Below are positions 41,969 to 52,969 of a stretch of 64,000 bases of DNA, piece by piece. A program made the position numbers and the translations under genes. Below the pieces are notes generated by a model that saw only the letters and a list, made by a program, of their open reading frames with translations, did not search any database and was not told the DNA's origin. Each line of letters starts with the position of its first letter. Position 1 is the first letter of the stretch. Source of the stretch: an uncultured virus (IMG/VR IMGVR_UViG_3300035210_000116) (Duplodnaviria > Heunggongvirae > Uroviricota > Caudoviricetes); IMG/VR virus record IMGVR_UViG_3300035210_000116, one strand, 5' to 3'.

Positions 41969-43369
41969 AAAGATACTCCAGTTAGTGGAAAAGCCCACGC
42001 ACAAGGCGCGAGCCTTAATCCTAGCGCGAAGCGCCTTTTAATCCGGATAGAGTGCAGGAACGCGTTCTGCAAGGAAGGAGCGCTCGCGCTCAGCCAACCA
42101 AGCGTTAACGTCTTCGATGCCATCAGGAACGTCGACGACTTCATAGTTGTCGCCCCAGTCGATCATATTGTCTTTGTATTCCTGCTCGCTGCACCAAGCC
42201 AGGTTAGGTAGCACATAGATCCTGCCCGGCTTAGGAATGTAATCCGGCGGTCGTTTGGCTTTCAGAAGTTCATCGAAGATCTCGCAGTAAACCGCGCGGT
42301 CTTCCTCTGAAAGTTCCAAAGTACTATTCCAAACCTTGAGATCAATCCCATCAAACAGGGCTTGTGCTAAGGCTTTAAGTTCTTCTCTCGTCATCACATA
42401 CTCCTGGGTTTAAAATTTAGGTTCTGGGCTTGCGTCCAGAACCATAAAGTCTATTTCTCGACGCGGTTGACATTCCAGGGCGAAATGGCCCAAGCCGTAT
42501 CCTGTTCAGCCAGTTCTTCGGCAGTAAACTGCGCGCGATAAGCGGCTTTACGCTCGGCCTCACGAGCTTGGAGCCATGCGTCGATGTCATCTACGTCGCC
42601 AGGAACGTCGACAATTTCAAAGTCGTCGCGTGCATTCATGGCGACCTCGAGATCTTTCTCTTCGTCCTCGCTGATCCAAGACAGGTCCAGCCAGACATAA
42701 ATTCTTGTTACGTTCATTGTTTAATACCCAGTTCGTCAAAAGGCTGAGTGTACCACTCAGTATTAGGATCAGCCTCAGCCAAAAGCTGGTCATAGGCTGC
42801 TTCAAACGCAGCACGCTCTTCCTTCGACAGAGCGGCGATAGACATCGTTATAGCGGCTGAAGTATCGTCGTTGAACACGGCATAAGCCAGGCTTTCAGGA
42901 GTCGCGTTCATCACATTCTCCAAAGGGTGGAGGCTCCAAGCTTGCGCCTGGAGCTTTATTGAGATCAATCTTCAGACAAGATTTAGCATGTGCAAGAGTC
43001 TTATCGACCTTATCTTGATTGCTGCAGTTTGATCCGAAAATCAAGAAACGAGGATTGAATGCTAAACCATTCTGTTTGAAGACTTTCAACCAAAGTTTTC
43101 TCCTATGCATTTGTTTCAGAACAGTGTTCTTACCAAAATGTATATTCCAGTTAAAACCTGTCAATTCATGCAGTAGTATCTGGGCTCCTATAGCAATATC
43201 TCCTAATTCATCCATATTACGGTCTTCCAAGAACTCGGATATTTCTCCCAAGAGTTCTTTTACCGAATATGTACCACTCACGTATTTAGCGCAGTAAGCA
43301 GTGATTTTCATATGTCACCACACATTGTGTAAGAATTTAGCTCCAAGCTTGCGCCTGGAGCCATAAGGT

Positions 43370-43645
43370 TCATTCGTTAGCGATACGTGCAAGCACGTCG
43401 CCATGACAGCGCTGGGGGTGGCACCAACAACCCAAGACTTTGCCACGAAGTTCACGCTTTGCCTTGGCAACGAGATCGGGTTGTGCCATCAACCACGCCT
43501 CGTATGCATCGACGGCCTTGTCTCGCGTCGCCACGCGGTGCTCGGCCAACGTACCAGCCTTGTGGCTGAATGGGTTGCCCCACGGGCCTGGCCGCCCAAT
43601 GTACACATCATGTGCTTCTTTCTTACAGTGTACTACGTACTTCAT
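43370..43645 (-). CDS. DUF4326-family protein
   Basis: DVYIGRPGPWGNPF...ELRGKVLGCWCHPQRCHGDVL. Confidence 0.85.
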   Translation of the reverse strand: MKYVVHCKKEAHDVYIGRPGPWGNPFSHKAGTLAEHRVATRDKAVDAYEAWLMAQPDLVAKAKRELRGKVLGCWCHPQRCHGDVLARIANE

Positions 43646-45717
43646 GATAACCTCGTTCTCCAGGGATGGAAGCTCCAGGCGCTTTGCACCTAGAGCCTTG
43701 TTGGGGTTAGAGCGGGAGTTCTAGCTGCCCGAACTCAATAGCAATAGCCTTGTTGGTCATATATCCATGAGTCTTGGGGAAAATCTCAGGGATCATGATT
43801 GCCAAGACGTTGTGAAGCAGGGTGTCGGTAGAACCGTACTTCTCAAATGTGTCATCATCGTAAGCGAGATTAACATTCGGAGAAGCTAGAGCATACCAAC
43901 GCTTGTAAATCTGGGCGGCAATTGAATGTACAGGAGATGCCTTAAAGATCTCATAGCTTGGGACATCGGTATCGTAATCGGGATCAAGCTCAGCGGCAAT
44001 CACTGTATCTTCGTTACCGTTGTACGGCACAGTTCGAAGCTGAACTTCGAGAACTCGAAGGGCGCTAACGACCTCAAGACAACGGACAGAACCATCGATC
44101 AACATTGCCATGGAAGTACTCCAGGTTGGGAAGTGAGAACACAGGACAGGCGCGAGCCTTAATCCTAGCGCGAAGCGCTTGCGCCACACATTGTGTAAGG
44201 CTTCTAGGAGCTCGCGCTCCTAGAACCTTGAATTTAAAACAGGGATTGAGGCTCCAAGCGCTTTGCGCCTGGAGCCTTGTTATTAAAACGGACTTTCGTC
44301 GTCGTTGTCGTCGTCGATGACGGAACACGCTTCAATGTTCGTCATACCAAAATACGCATACCATTCGTTATTGAAGATCTGAAGCTCTTCGTCGGTCAAG
44401 GCAGCGATCTCTTTTGCCGGATACGTGCCTTCGTTATAAACGACCTTTCCAAATGCCTGAAAAGCCAGTGCAGTGATCTGTTCAACGGTCATGGTAATCT
44501 CCAACAGGGTCGGTGAAAGGTTCCAGGCTTGCGTCTGGAGCCTTGTTGTTTAGGCAAACAGAGCCAAGATGTCAGGATGAACCATCTTAGAACCGGTTGA
44601 CAGACTGAACACGCCGCACTTAGTAGACACATAGCTGTGCCCATTATACTGGCGAGACTGCAGCGTCTTGACGACTTGCAGCTTGTCGACAGTAGGCGTA
44701 CCGGAGAACTTTGCGCCGTGCTCATCGATGAGCTGGGCAAAACCGGACGTATTAGTGCGATAGTGCAAGAAATACTTGCCTTTGTACAAAACAACTGCGC
44801 ACATAGCAGAACTCCAAGGTCGGTGGAAGGTTCGAAGTTCCTGTGACTAGACACAAAGAACTCCGAACCAAGTTGTTAGGACGCGATGCCTTCAGGGCCA
44901 TCGTAGGGCAGCGGGCCAGCGGCAAGTGTATCCGCAACCATTGCAGCATACTCTGCCTTATAGTACGGAGCCTCGAACTGTTCTGCGACCAAGGCGATGT
45001 ATTCGCGGTCGAGCTGTTCGAGCTCTGCGTCGAATGCCGCGCGTTCAGCAATAGGCACAGAGCCGCGAATAGCCTCGTACTTGCAATACTCTTCCAAGGT
45101 GCGTGGCACTGGGGCATAGGCTTCTAAGGCAAGCTTGAAAATCTGTTCGACGTTCATGGATCTCTCCGGTATGTGGTGGGCGTGACGGTGTCACTCCTCA
45201 CTAGCTGCGCAGCCGTAATCTTGGCGCGAAGCGCCTTTTCCATCATTTCATTGAACGATGATCGTGGATCCTTGAACGCGGTAGAATTCACCGGGTCCCC
45301 TCTTGGCTTGATAGTATCTTTTGAATCGAAGTGGGTCTATCTGTGCCTGGATGTAGGGAGGAGACTTGAACGTTAATGCCTCTCATTTCTACAGTTTTTT
45401 TAGTCACGAAAATAAAATAAAATTTTCTTGCGGCCCCACTATTAGAGTGGTATACTTTGTCCTTTAACGTAGGAGGGAAATAATTCGGGCGTACACGTTG
45501 TATCTGGTCTACACACATGGTATAATCTTCAACCACACATTAGAAGATATATATATATATAGAGAAATTACGTGAAAAAAGTACCATTGAAAATACTTAG
45601 CTGGCGGGCTCCGAAGGCGCTACAAGACTACGTAGAAACATGCGCCAAAGAGGAGTTTCGCAGTGTAAGCAACATGCTTACTGTCTTAGTCGAAGCAGCC
45701 AAAAAAGAGAGAGCCAA

Positions 45718-45954
45718 ATGTCAAACCTCGGCCACCGCACCGTAACAGCCATACTGCCACACGCGACAGTAAGACTCTTGGAAGCCTATGCGCTAAGAAA
45801 CGGGTTGAGCCGGGCCAACGCGATTCTACGATTCATCGAGCAGGGTTTAGCCAGCGAAGGCTCTAAGATAGCCAAGACAACAACGTACAATGACGAATGT
45901 GCCCACAACAAAGCGGGAATACCACGGCACTACGTGCTACGAGAACTACTATGA
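45718..45954 (+). CDS. Ribbon-helix-helix (CopG-like) DNA-binding protein
   Basis: RTVTAILP......LEAYA...GLSRANAI..FIEQGL; first gene after the strand switch. Confidence 0.6.
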   Translation: MSNLGHRTVTAILPHATVRLLEAYALRNGLSRANAILRFIEQGLASEGSKIAKTTTYNDECAHNKAGIPRHYVLRELL

Positions 45955-46134
45955 AAATGAATCCAGTAGAAAGACTTGCAACAAATCCTACAAGTTTGCG
46001 ACTTGCTATTAACGCACGTTGCTACCAATGTGAGGGAGAAGACGCGGATCCTCACGTAAGACAGCGCATCAAAACGTGCCCATGCACTGATTGCGCCCTG
46101 TGGGGAGTAAGGCCGGGTTATAAAAAAGAGGTGA

Positions 46135-46695
46135 TTGATGGAACTTAATATCCCAGAATATGGTGATGAGCCACCTGATGATGCAATTGCAGAGATTGCA
46201 AAAGTAGCCCCCGGTTTAACTTCCCAAGAACGTCTGTATGTTTACTGGCGGTCTATCGCGCTTCCTCCCGGGGCAGCTTTCCAGAAGGCGGGGTATGCTG
46301 GCACAGGGTGGCGAGCTGTAGAAACCAGACCGAAGATACGCGCAGCCTTGCAGGATCTCAACGAACTTCTAGAACCTGACTACCGGATCACGCAGAAAAG
46401 AGTTGTAGGTATTCTGATGGAAGCTGTAGATATCGCCAGACGTAGAGACCAGGCGAAGAATCTCATCGAAGCTGCTGTTGCCCTTGCCAACGTTGCGGGT
46501 GTGATGTCTGCTACCAAGCTCCAGGTCAATGGTACCCACAACCATCTGCTGTCCGTCAGGCCAGAACTGGCGGCACTTCAGCTGCTTCCCAGAGTTGGTT
46601 TAGAAGAGTTAGTCGGCATAAGGCGCACCTTACCAGCTTTAATGCCTCCTGTCGAAGAAGGTGTCTTTGAGGAAGTTGCTGCGGCCCCCGCCTAA
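46135..46695 (+). CDS. terS: Probable terminase small subunit
   Basis: AAFQKAGY...P.IRAAL...ITQKRVV..L.E pattern; lies upstream of terL. Confidence 0.6.
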   Translation: MMELNIPEYGDEPPDDAIAEIAKVAPGLTSQERLYVYWRSIALPPGAAFQKAGYAGTGWRAVETRPKIRAALQDLNELLEPDYRITQKRVVGILMEAVDIARRRDQAKNLIEAAVALANVAGVMSATKLQVNGTHNHLLSVRPELAALQLLPRVGLEELVGIRRTLPALMPPVEEGVFEEVAAAPA

Positions 46696-48076
46696 TTAAC
46701 ACATGTCGATAAACTTCAAACGGCACTGCCATCTGTGGGCCAGACATTTCAAAGTTTAATATTTGCGCGGCCGTACGTAGGCCAGACCGGTAAATAAAAA
46801 GCCTTTCAAAACAACTAGATAGCACCAAGAACATGGTGCCATCTAGAACATATAATTTGTATATATATATGTCAAACGGCAGCATAGTCCAGAAAACTCC
46901 CGACCAAGTTGGAATTCTCCCAAAACCTGCTCACCATGACGAGCGTTAGTTGCTTTTTGAACCATGTCAAATAAAGGGCCTCTACGGGCCTTTTCAGGGC
47001 GCCACATCCCCACCCTGTAGGAGTCTACGGGGGCAGTGCCAGGAGCGCTGTGGCGGGCGTGTGAGGGCCATTTTATGGGGTGTAGAAACGATGTCCGAGG
47101 TATATCGAGACCAAAAACTCAGAACCAAGTTGGAGGTTTGCAAAACCGTGTGTAAGCGGTTCACTGTGGGACGAAAACGGTGGTTTTAGAATCTAAATAA
47201 ACAGCCTAAATCAGCAAAGTGTGTACAAATTACTTACACAGTTGATTATATTGGGTATTTTTTTCTGGATAGGAAAAACTCTATAAAAAACAACGCTGTA
47301 AGTGGTTTTCAAAATGTAATGAAAGTGTAAAAAGTTGTTTTGGGCTCTTTCTAAATAAACTTTTTTCCTAAGTCCTTGATTTATACATACTTAATGTATA
47401 AGAAGAGAAAGAAAAAATAAGGTTGTATTTGTAATTGATTTTAAAATTATAGATCTTTTTTTTTAAATTATAGATCTTTCTATATAGTTTACTATATAGA
47501 ATAAATAAACTTGGTAAGTATTAAATAAAACACACTTTTTTTGAAGCCTCAGCTCTGGTAATATAGAAAACTCATTACAAATTACCGCCTTAAAAATCAA
47601 GCACTTACATAGTACAACACTTTACATTATATATCAATGACTTACAAATGCAGTCCTGAAAAAGGCCCTTATATTTAAACCGACCAACGGCGCTACATAA
47701 ACGTCTAAGTTATGGTACACTACCATCTTTACTTGGAGAGATGATCAATGATACCCACACAAAAATGTACTATGTGCGGATACGACCAACAATTTAGCGA
47801 GTTCCTAGGCAAATACCGGTCGAAGCAGTTCGTGGGTGTATGTAACACATGCCTCACAGTAGGACATGGTGGTAAGACCGCCACAGCACAACGAAACCCT
47901 GCTCCCAGCACCGACGAAAAGGTACTAAGGGACAGACAAATAAACGTTCTGACTGTTGCACTTGTGGTGCTTCAAAACTACGAAGCCTCGCCAACGAGAG
48001 TCGAAGAAATCGACGATCTGCTAAAGACCATATGCGAAACTATAGTCCGTGCACTCCCAGATTGGAAACTATCAGA

Positions 48077-48680
48077 ATGAAAAAGACCGGCTTCCTGATA
48101 AAGCTTGAGTGGAAGAACCACCCACTGGCACGCGAGCCGCGTAGAGTACTAGCCGCCATGCTCAAGGTTCTAGGTTCTTATCCCAGCGTCGAATGCGATA
48201 ACCCATCACCTACTGGCTACACCCCCACTGACCTGCGGCGCCACCTGGAGAAGCTTTTCCAACCTGGCATGTCTTGGGAGAATTCCGATTCATGGCACCT
48301 GGAACATATCGTTCCAATTCACACAAATGTCACACTCGGAATAGTTGACTTAGAAAAGATACATGCCCTTAACAACTTCAAACTGGTGTGGGATAAACCA
48401 ACCGTTCGGAATCAAAAACCAGAGGAATCAAATGATGCGCGAAGAGCCTACAACAGAATCTACATGCGGACCTATAGAAAGCGCCCGGAACAACTTGCCT
48501 ACCAGCGAGAGTACAGAAAACCGCGAGGAAAGGGCCGCCCGTCGTAAGTACATGAGGGAGTACATGAGGGTCTATTGTGACAACGACGAGTTTCGTCATA
48601 AGCGCAAACTGTATATGCGTGCTTACAGGGCAGCAGCAGAACTGAAAGAGATGCAAAAGAGAGACGCTCGGCATGTCTAG
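48077..48680 (+). CDS. HNH-like protein with repeated RxYMRxYR tail, split by an apparent frameshift near 48515
   Basis: GMSWEN..WHLEHIVP...N.KLVW; the repeat tail continues in the overlapping frame 48363-48680. Confidence 0.55.
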
Positions 48681-51600
48681 ACCAATCATAGTTAAGTGCC
48701 CTCTCTGCAAGGACAAAGTAATCAAAGGGCACCTACAAGGTTCAGGGATCTGCGTACGATGCCACGAGGGCAAGGCAAGAGCCATTAGCGATGCACTGGC
48801 CGAAGCTTTCGTCGCTTCCTCCAACATGGAAGAAGAAGCACTCTCAATCTTCTTAAACCTGGAACGCCGCAAACAAGCAGTAATAAAACGTAAGGAGGAC
48901 GCTGAATACAAACACGCCCTGGCAGTGGAAGAGAACCGCCTTCTTGCAATACATAGAGAGCAAGCCTCTGTTGCCTTGGCTCGTAGATCTCTTCTCCATT
49001 ATGTGGAGCGTAGGATTAAGAATTATCAGACAGGGTGGTTGCACGAGGATATTGCGCGGCGAATCGAAAAGTTTGTGGAGGGTGTAGAAAGAGGAGAGTC
49101 GCCACGATTAATACTCTCGATTGGGCCACGTCTGGGCAAGGCCCTGAAAAATAAGGAGAAAATTCTTACCGCAAACAGAGGCTGGATAACGCACGGAGAG
49201 CTCAAAGTGGGTGACCTAGTGTTTGGGTCAAATGGAAAACCCACTGAAGTAGTAGCAGTTGGACAAGAGATCTACGATCTAGACCACGAAATCGAGTTCC
49301 AAGGTGGTCAGAAACTAACAGCTCACGCTGAGCACGAGTGGTTTATACGTAGAATATCAAGAAACCGCGAGTGGGACATAGTAGAAACTAAGCACTTGGT
49401 GACTTCGGCACGCACCGGAAAACCACTACTGCAGGTTTTTGGGCCTCCGGGAAAAAGAGGTTCTCAATTCGCCTTTGCCGTGCCATGCACTCCTTCATTA
49501 ATCTACCAAGAGAGTATTCTACCAATGGATCCGTACGTTATGGGAGCTATTCTTGGAGACGGTTGTTCAGTAGACGCGAGAATAACTCACCATAAAGACG
49601 AGAAGGAGATTATACGAGAGATTGAACGTAAAGGATACGTTCGTACTAGTACATCTTATTATACGGCCGCTGGATCAAGTAACACCAGATTCGGAAACAC
49701 TGGCGGAAGGCATTCATCAAGAATGTTACGTGAAATGAAAAGCTCTGGTATTTATGGGAATAAGCATATTCCTAGAGTTTACTTTGCTTCATCCGAACGC
49801 CAACGCCTGGAGCTACTTGCCGGGCTTATCGATACGGACGGAACAGTCTGTAAGTCAACCTCTAGAGTATCAATCTCGACCTGTAGTGATCAACTAAGAG
49901 ACGACTACGTAGAACTTATACGCAGTCTCGGTCAGCGTCCCTACGTGTGCACTACGCAACCATGTCTATCCACATCTGGCATCCAAGGTAAGAAGCCGAC
50001 ACACAACGTGGTATTCCAATCAACGCGAGACGATATACCGACAGTATTACCTAGAAAGAGGATATGGCGGACAGTGGCACTTCCACCCCTCGGGATAACG
50101 GCGATAAGAAAAGTACCTGCGCAGCCCGGGAAGTGCATTCAGGTAGCCGCCGCGGATGGTATGTACCTTGTCGGAGAAGGTTTAATACCGACGCATAATA
50201 GCGAACTTGCCTCAGATTCAGGACCCGCTTGGATTTTAGGGCACCACCCTGATTGGGAAGTAATCTTGGCATCATATTCAGATGAACTCCCAACTAAATT
50301 TTCCAGATCTATTAGAGAACAGGTTCGTTCTGCTGAGTATAAAGAAATATTTCCCAGGGGACCTGTCATCAAAGCTGACGATGCTGGCGCAGGCGCTTGG
50401 CGTACAGAGCAAGGCGGCGGTTTCCGCGCAGTCGGCGTTGGAGGTGCCATAACAGGGTTTGGTGCTAACGTACTGATCCTCGATGACTGTATACGAGGCG
50501 AGGCCGAAGCGAGATCGCCAGTAGCCCTTGAAAAACTTTGGCAGTGGGCTACCTCGACCGCTTCTTCGCGCCTCATGCCGCTGTCTGGAGTGATAATAAT
50601 CGCGCAAAGATGGGCTGTTATGGACCTGATAGGTCGTTTTGAGCAGCGGATGGCTGAAGAAATGGCGGAAGTTATTTCTACTCGTAAGCGTGCTGACGAC
50701 TACGAGGAGGAGGGGGATATCGACGAAGCCGAACGCCATCGCCTGGAAGCTAAAGAGTTAGATGAGTCAATGGATAAGTGGCACCTGGTCAAATATTCAG
50801 CCTTGGCAGTAGAGGACGAGTACCTTACCCCCGAGGGTGAGATAACACGTGTTAGCGCGCAGCAAACTCCACTCCCCAGTTGGCGCTTGCTTCGTAGAAA
50901 GGGCGAGTCAATTCACCCGCAGCGGTTTCCTCGCGGTTACTACCTAAATAAAAAGCGATTAAACCCAACTCTGTTCTCGGCGATGTACCAGCAAGAGCCA
51001 GTTAGTCTTGAGGATAGTTATTTTTCGGGTGGCGATTTTCGCAGATACGAAAAGGGCAAGCATCCTAAGTTGGAGAACTGTAATGTCTTCGCCAGCTGGG
51101 ACTTAGCTGTAAGTACAGCCACTTATGCTGACTTTACGGTTGGAATTTGTGCGGCCATGGATTGTAAGGGGGACGTATACATCCTGGATAGAATAAAAGG
51201 GCGCTTCGGAGATATCTATGAGATATCAGATCTTATTATCGACCTCCATGTGAAATGGAAATGTCAGCAAACAGGGATCGAGCGAATGATGTTGTCGATG
51301 GCTCTCGGCCCAGTATTGAAGCGTAGGATGCAGGAGCGTAAGCAGTACATAAACTTAGCGGAGGGGAAAGAGGAATTACGCGCTGGCAATCAAGATAAAA
51401 AAGTGCGCGCCCGTCAAATCCAGGCTTTACTGAAACAGGGTAAGATTCTAGTGCCTGAGGGAGAATCGTGGGATGAATTTATAGCAATCCTTTCATCCTT
51501 TGGATTTAGTGGGCATGATGACGATGCTGACTCCATGGCATACCTTGGCATAATGTTTAATAGAACTCCTCCTCCACGTGATCCGTCGAGTCTCGCAGAA

Positions 51601-51693
51601 CGTGTGGGCAAGAAATTTAGAAGCTGGATAGACGAGATGAATGATGAAATTGGTCTAATGGGGCACGGCAGTGACGACTACATGAGTGCTTAG
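48673..51693 (+). CDS. terL: Terminase large subunit with intein
   Basis: Walker A PRLGK/SE split by the intein, GVGGAITGFGA, Walker B LILDD, YQQEP, nuclease WDLA..DFT, HDDDADS. Confidence 0.93.
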   Translation: MSRPIIVKCPLCKDKVIKGHLQGSGICVRCHEGKARAISDALAEAFVASSNMEEEALSIFLNLERRKQAVIKRKEDAEYKHALAVEENRLLAIHREQASVALARRSLLHYVERRIKNYQTGWLHEDIARRIEKFVEGVERGESPRLILSIGPRLGKALKNKEKILTANRGWITHGELKVGDLVFGSNGKPTEVVAVGQEIYDLDHEIEFQGGQKLTAHAEHEWFIRRISRNREWDIVETKHLVTSARTGKPLLQVFGPPGKRGSQFAFAVPCTPSLIYQESILPMDPYVMGAILGDGCSVDARITHHKDEKEIIREIERKGYVRTSTSYYTAAGSSNTRFGNTGGRHSSRMLREMKSSGIYGNKHIPRVYFASSERQRLELLAGLIDTDGTVCKSTSRVSISTCSDQLRDDYVELIRSLGQRPYVCTTQPCLSTSGIQGKKPTHNVVFQSTRDDIPTVLPRKRIWRTVALPPLGITAIRKVPAQPGKCIQVAAADGMYLVGEGLIPTHNSELASDSGPAWILGHHPDWEVILASYSDELPTKFSRSIREQVRSAEYKEIFPRGPVIKADDAGAGAWRTEQGGGFRAVGVGGAITGFGANVLILDDCIRGEAEARSPVALEKLWQWATSTASSRLMPLSGVIIIAQRWAVMDLIGRFEQRMAEEMAEVISTRKRADDYEEEGDIDEAERHRLEAKELDESMDKWHLVKYSALAVEDEYLTPEGEITRVSAQQTPLPSWRLLRRKGESIHPQRFPRGYYLNKKRLNPTLFSAMYQQEPVSLEDSYFSGGDFRRYEKGKHPKLENCNVFASWDLAVSTATYADFTVGICAAMDCKGDVYILDRIKGRFGDIYEISDLIIDLHVKWKCQQTGIERMMLSMALGPVLKRRMQERKQYINLAEGKEELRAGNQDKKVRARQIQALLKQGKILVPEGESWDEFIAILSSFGFSGHDDDADSMAYLGIMFNRTPPPRDPSSLAERVGKKFRSWIDEMNDEIGLMGHGSDDYMSA
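49141..50199 (+). mobile_element. Class 3 intein with LAGLIDADG endonuclease in TerL
   Basis: Starts with Ala (ALKNKEKILT), ends THN/S; WCT triad (HEW, KCIQV, PTHN); LLAGLIDTDG. Confidence 0.9.
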
Positions 51694-51985
51694 TATGACT
51701 ATAGACGACATCGTTGATGGGTTAGTAAAAGACAAGCGCCTTAATAGGCGCGAGGCAGCTGACCTGGTTGAAACTTTTTTCAACCTACTAAAAGAGCAGG
51801 TAGAAGAGGGTAAGCCTTGTAGCTTGCCCTCTTTCGGTCGACTTAAACTGGTTTTGGCTAGGAATAGGAATATGGGAAAAAATTGCTACTCAGAGGACCC
51901 TCTGGATGCGAAATTTGTTCGGTTCTTTCCGCACAATAAACTCAAGGCGCGAGTTAGCGTTGATTTCGACAAAGTTCACCAGTAG
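51686..51985 (+). CDS. IHF/HU-like DNA-bending protein
   Basis: MT..DIV......L..REA.DLVETFF......EG....L.SFG.......R.R...N......FVRF.P..KLK.RV. Confidence 0.85.
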   Translation: MLSMTIDDIVDGLVKDKRLNRREAADLVETFFNLLKEQVEEGKPCSLPSFGRLKLVLARNRNMGKNCYSEDPLDAKFVRFFPHNKLKARVSVDFDKVHQ

Positions 51986-52290
51986 CATTCTTCCCCGGCT
52001 AATTTTCTCCTCAAATATTTTAGAGTTCTTAGCGCCCGAGTTTGTTCCCTCGTTGTCATGGTCATTTTAAAGTGGTTAGTTATAAGTTCGATCTGTAATC
52101 GGGCCATTTCTTCCTCAAACCGCCTGTCGGTGGGCGTCATACGGTCGGGCCACCACCATTCAAAAGTGTTTGAGCTAGACGAGCTTAGTTCATATTCGGG
52201 TTCTTCGATCAAGGTTCTTCGTGCCATTCTGGCTTCTCCACGGTTTAAAAAGTCATAGTAATCCTAAATTCTTGGAAAGTCCACACTTAT

Positions 52291-52460
52291 TTTGTAATGT
52301 AAAAATTTCCTAAACTAGAGCGGTATGTTTTGTTTGTTTTTTAGAAAAAAAACTTTAACTTTGTTTAGAAAACTACTTACAACTTCTTTTCTTTACTAAG
52401 AGCGTAAAAATCAAGGGCTTACAGGGTTTTTCTCACTTACAAACTCATTACACGCTTACA
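52291..52460. repeat. Dispersed ~170-bp AT-rich repeat, copy 3 of 3
   Basis: Match to 8899-9072; lies between divergent promoters. Confidence 0.88.
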
Positions 52461-52490
52461 GCCTTGATATATAACAAGATTATATTTCAC

Positions 52491-52519
52491 TTGACTTTTC
52501 GCGCCCAAGGACTTAAAAT
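52491..52519 (+). promoter_or_regulatory. sigma70-like promoter
   Basis: TTGACT-17 nt-TAAAAT upstream of the RBS of ORF 52550. Confidence 0.7.
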
Positions 52520-52969
52520 ACTTGCTCACAACCTAAAAGAGGATGCTTAATGAGCAAGATATCAGTAGTCCTGGTCGCAGGTAATTCCGACGACAAACTA
52601 ACTCAACTAATCTGGTCCCAGTTCTGCTCCGCCTTAAAAACATTGGCCGAGTACCATGGACAGATTCACTACGCTGGTTCCACGGAAGGCCACTCTCTAT
52701 GGCAAACTTATGCCATAATTGTCGAGGTAGAGATGACCGAGACGGATAATCTTTTCGGCCAGGTCACAAAGGTGCGCACGCACTACGGCCAAGACTCTAT
52801 CGCTTGGATAGCAGGAGAGGTTTTTTACGCATGAAACCGATTAAACGCCCGTTTCCCGAAAAAGCCTCCGGTCAGATACTTCCAGAGGATATCGTCGATC
52901 CATTTACAACCTTACGCGCAACCGGAAAAATCCGCTTCGCTCCTACCAAAAAACAGAGGGATTATACAC

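Larger units (their letters stand above)
41109..44542 (-). repeat. Eight related RNA hairpins, consensus GGCTCCAGGC-GCAA-GCTTGGAGC
   Basis: At 41109, 42420, 42932, 43340, 43672, 44199, 44250, 44519; mismatches read as G-U pairs on the minus strand. Confidence 0.8.
30851..45235. repeat. Class B dispersed motif, 10 copies, consensus GCGCGAGCCTTAATCCTAGCGCGAAGCGC on the plus strand
   Basis: Copies near 30851, 35849, 38964, 39231, 40371, 40788, 41571, 42006, 44150, 45207; most lie just upstream of a minus-strand RBS. Confidence 0.85.
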
